Shown here piece by piece: positions 61,582 through 64,000 of a stretch of DNA of 64,000 bases; positions within the stretch are counted from its first letter, which is position 1, and each line of letters opens with the position of its first letter. The stretch is from positions 248,001 through 312,000 of IMG/VR virus record IMGVR_UViG_3300029893_000001. The stretch is one strand, 5' to 3'. The notes beneath the pieces were generated by a model. The model made no database searches. It saw nothing but the letters and a program-made list of their open reading frames with translations, and was not told the origin of the DNA. The translations under genes were made by a program, and so were the position numbers.

Positions 61582-62316
61582 CTAAACCTTCAGTGAATTC
61601 CAATCGCAGTTTCTCACCACCTTACGAATCCCTTCAGCGACAGACACATGTGAGGCAGGACTAGTGGAAAGATAACTCTCGGAAGAGAAACCAGAAATTG
61701 TATCCAGAGCCGCGTTTACTTCTTCTGCTGTGGCTAACCCCCTGAGATGCGCCCATCGGATGAAAAGCACTACCGTCTGGACAACATCCGTGACGCAGTA
61801 TGTCCCAACTGCTTGGAATCGATTTCGGGCCCAAAGTGCAGCGACGTCAGCTCCTACGGTATCGAGTTTGCCTGGAAGGCCTATTAGAGCAGCCGCATGG
61901 TCGAGCTTCAGTTTATCTGCGGCACCGAAGAACATCATGTGATCTTGAAGGTCGACGTGACCTGTGAGACCGAACCTCTTATCAAAATCCCGTCGGAAAT
62001 GCCAAGCACACGGGATTCCATACTTGAGAGAACGGTAAAGGATCACAGGAATGTCGAATCGACGGCCTGACCAAGTCACAAGCATAGTGTCGTCGTCGAT
62101 CTCAGCTCCAAACTTCTTCAGAGCCTCCGCTTCTGAGTGCTCGTTTAGCCCAAGAACACAAAGTTTTTGCAGGTCGAACGAGTTGCCGAGAACTGCGTAT
62201 GAGATACACGCTACTCGGTGAAACACGGGAAGCGGAAATTCGAACCCCTTTTCATCTAGGCAAACCTTTTGGTCGGGGACTGTTTCTACGTCTACGATCA
62301 CGCACTTCGTGGGCAT
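61582..62316 (-). CDS. PolB-like 3'-5' exonuclease (DnaQ superfamily)
   Basis: ExoI 'VDVETVP', ExoII 'TWSGRRFDIP', ExoIII 'YCVTDV'. Confidence 0.85.
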   Translation of the reverse strand: MPTKCVIVDVETVPDQKVCLDEKGFEFPLPVFHRVACISYAVLGNSFDLQKLCVLGLNEHSEAEALKKFGAEIDDDTMLVTWSGRRFDIPVILYRSLKYGIPCAWHFRRDFDKRFGLTGHVDLQDHMMFFGAADKLKLDHAAALIGLPGKLDTVGADVAALWARNRFQAVGTYCVTDVVQTVVLFIRWAHLRGLATAEEVNAALDTISGFSSESYLSTSPASHVSVAEGIRKVVRNCDWNSLKV

Positions 62317-62939
62317 TACCACCTCCAACGGAAATTCCGGATCCATTCAGCCCTTCCCTCGGCAGGTTGGGATAGGAATTCTTCTTCTGTCCTTCTCATG
62401 TCGCTATAGAAGTCTTGCACCTGCTCATAGGACGCATCCGTAGGATCGTAAGTATGGGGCTGCCACGGGTACTTGCCGTTGACTTTTAGATTGTCCTCCG
62501 CTTCGATGACATGGCTAATGACGGTGCAGAATGTCTCGTATGTGGGGCATGACCTGTCGTAGTTGCACTCTTTAAGGTGCTGTTTCACATACAATTTCAC
62601 AGGAAGCGGGCTGTGTCCGAGCTTCATGTTGAGCAGCGCTCCTGCGAAAACAATGTTGCTTCCCCCGCTTCCCCCGCCATCATTTACTACAGCCACAAGA
62701 TGCTCTCGGGTAACCTCCCAGGGAGAGTACTTGAAATGCATAGTGGAGAGGTATGTATGGACCCCGGAGTAGAAACAGACCATCTCTTCGTCTAGGTTGT
62801 TTCTATGCATCGATGCAATGACATGACGCCTTCTCGTTTTGACGCAGGCGGGTAGGTCTTCCCAAAGGTACTCCTTCAGGACAGGATTGTTCTGATCGCC
62901 GCCAAAATGGCGGACGCGGTAAATCATAGGCCACGCCAT
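62316..62939 (-). CDS. HNH-like endonuclease
   Basis: 'CFYSG...TREHLV...GG..SNIVFA...LNMKLG'. Confidence 0.55.
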   Translation of the reverse strand: MAWPMIYRVRHFGGDQNNPVLKEYLWEDLPACVKTRRRHVIASMHRNNLDEEMVCFYSGVHTYLSTMHFKYSPWEVTREHLVAVVNDGGGSGGSNIVFAGALLNMKLGHSPLPVKLYVKQHLKECNYDRSCPTYETFCTVISHVIEAEDNLKVNGKYPWQPHTYDPTDASYEQVQDFYSDMRRTEEEFLSQPAEGRAEWIRNFRWRW

Positions 62940-62941
62940 GA

Positions 62942-63313
62942 TCAGGCTCTGTTTCGAAACAAGAACCAGTAACTCGGGTTCTTGGTACTGTTGAACCGAT
63001 ACAGGTAGACCTTTTGGTCCTTGAACAGAATCTTCGGATCTTTGTGGGCTGGCACATCTGCAAGAAACGAGACGTATGAGTCCTGGGCAAAGACTTTCTG
63101 GATATCTCGCTTTAGTTGGAGGATGTACCCTAAGACGGAATTTCCCTCTCCCTCAACTGATGCTAGGGACACATAACTGTCCTCAAATCGTTTGAGGCGC
63201 TTAGGTCTGTTCACAACGACACCGGTTCGGACAACCCAAACAGTATCGGAGTGCGCAACGATCTTCCCCTCGGGGAAGGTATTCCACGGAATTACAGGTT
63301 CCTTGGAGGACAT
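62942..63313 (-). CDS. Hypothetical protein
   Basis: TGATG coupling. Confidence 0.6.
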   Translation of the reverse strand: MSSKEPVIPWNTFPEGKIVAHSDTVWVVRTGVVVNRPKRLKRFEDSYVSLASVEGEGNSVLGYILQLKRDIQKVFAQDSYVSFLADVPAHKDPKILFKDQKVYLYRFNSTKNPSYWFLFRNRA

Positions 63314-63999
63314 CAGGCCGCCACAGTGGGAATGAGAGCCTTGAACTTACCAGAAACACCAGAAATCAGCAAGAATGAGTCCCAAAATCCAATTTCTACA
63401 TCGCCTGCCTTCGCTAGATTGAGCATTTCTAGGGCGTACCTGGACGATATTTTGGTCAAGAATTTGTCAGTATCCGCCGATACGAGCCCGAGGGAGGTTT
63501 GGGCCGATCCGTGATCGGCTGCACATCTAAAGTGTGCTCGGTTGCCCTTGATGAGAAGATCGATATACGTGTCGTATGCAACCGCCCCCATATGAATAGA
63601 GCTAACTTCTCGGATTGCCTTGGATAGGTCCTCGGCGGTTGTTTTGATGAGGCAGGCTCTCTTGTCGTAATCAATACCCTTTGAGATCCATTCATCGATA
63701 TCGTCTGGTGTAGATTGAATCGCTGGGTGATAGATGTCCAACACATCCGTCTTGAGCCTAAATGTACCCTTGAACACCCCCAATCGGGTTTCCAAGTCTT
63801 GGACGCGACTTAGCACAGTGTGTAAGAATGCGGGCTGAAGCAGGACGTCGAACTCGGTCTGCGGCACCGCAAGGTCCTCTTTGAAGAGGGTTGCACGGTA
63901 ACCATCCGTTGTGGAGATGACAAGTTGCTCCCCTGCTTGAATCCTGATGCCTGCTTGGGCTCCAGGTAGGGCAGACCCGAACGCAACACGCGAAACAGC
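63313..63999 (-). CDS. dnaN: DNA polymerase III beta sliding clamp-like protein, 5'-truncated by window edge
   Basis: Frame is open to the window end; 'LVISTTDGYRA' (clamp ATDGxR motif), 'DLSKAIREVS', 'SSRYALEML'. Confidence 0.7.
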   Translation of the reverse strand, partial: AVSRVAFGSALPGAQAGIRIQAGEQLVISTTDGYRATLFKEDLAVPQTEFDVLLQPAFLHTVLSRVQDLETRLGVFKGTFRLKTDVLDIYHPAIQSTPDDIDEWISKGIDYDKRACLIKTTAEDLSKAIREVSSIHMGAVAYDTYIDLLIKGNRAHFRCAADHGSAQTSLGLVSADTDKFLTKISSRYALEMLNLAKAGDVEIGFWDSFLLISGVSGKFKALIPTVAA

Positions 64000-64000
64000 C

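Noticed and set aside
1-64000. Stop-codon reassignment, suggested by the phage release factor
   Set aside because: Genes are intact and tightly packed in code 11, all three stops terminate genes (e.g. TAG 3985, TAA 16583, TGA 57310), and the tRNAs are not suppressors.

Overview
The whole window reads as part of a large (jumbo-type) tailed dsDNA phage genome. It is densely coding in the standard genetic code, and I see no host housekeeping context, integrase or tail sheath/tape-measure genes. The left arm (1-22.8 kb, mostly minus strand) holds a class II ribonucleotide reductase, a Cas4-like exonuclease, a primase, a RuvC-like resolvase, putative neck/lysozyme proteins, two paralogous beta-helix fibres, a release factor, Hsp20 and NadE. 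The centre (23-57.9 kb, plus strand) is the head module: terminase, portal, prohead protease, scaffold, decoration protein, major capsid protein, about 15 probable internal head proteins and a 2813-aa giant protein. The right arm (minus strand) holds three tRNAs, a metallophosphoesterase, a class II aaRS-like/MazG-like pair, a 3'-5' exonuclease, an HNH-like protein and a partial beta-clamp. The most notable observations are: (1) the giant protein embeds sigma-70-like regions 1.2/2/4 (region 4 twice), interleaved with nested copies of the capsid-decoration beta-domain; (2) a bipartite phage promoter-like motif, TAG-N17/18-TTATYT, occurs 8 times, always oriented into a gene; (3) a domain-1-less RF1-like release factor needs a prfB-style +1 frameshift (GGAGG-GGA-CTT-TGA) at a non-prfB position; (4) a 2H phosphoesterase (Acb1-like fold) sits inside a probable head-packaged protein; (5) [K/R]-x-A motifs recur across the head proteins. 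All protein calls come from motif recognition by eye, with no database searches.
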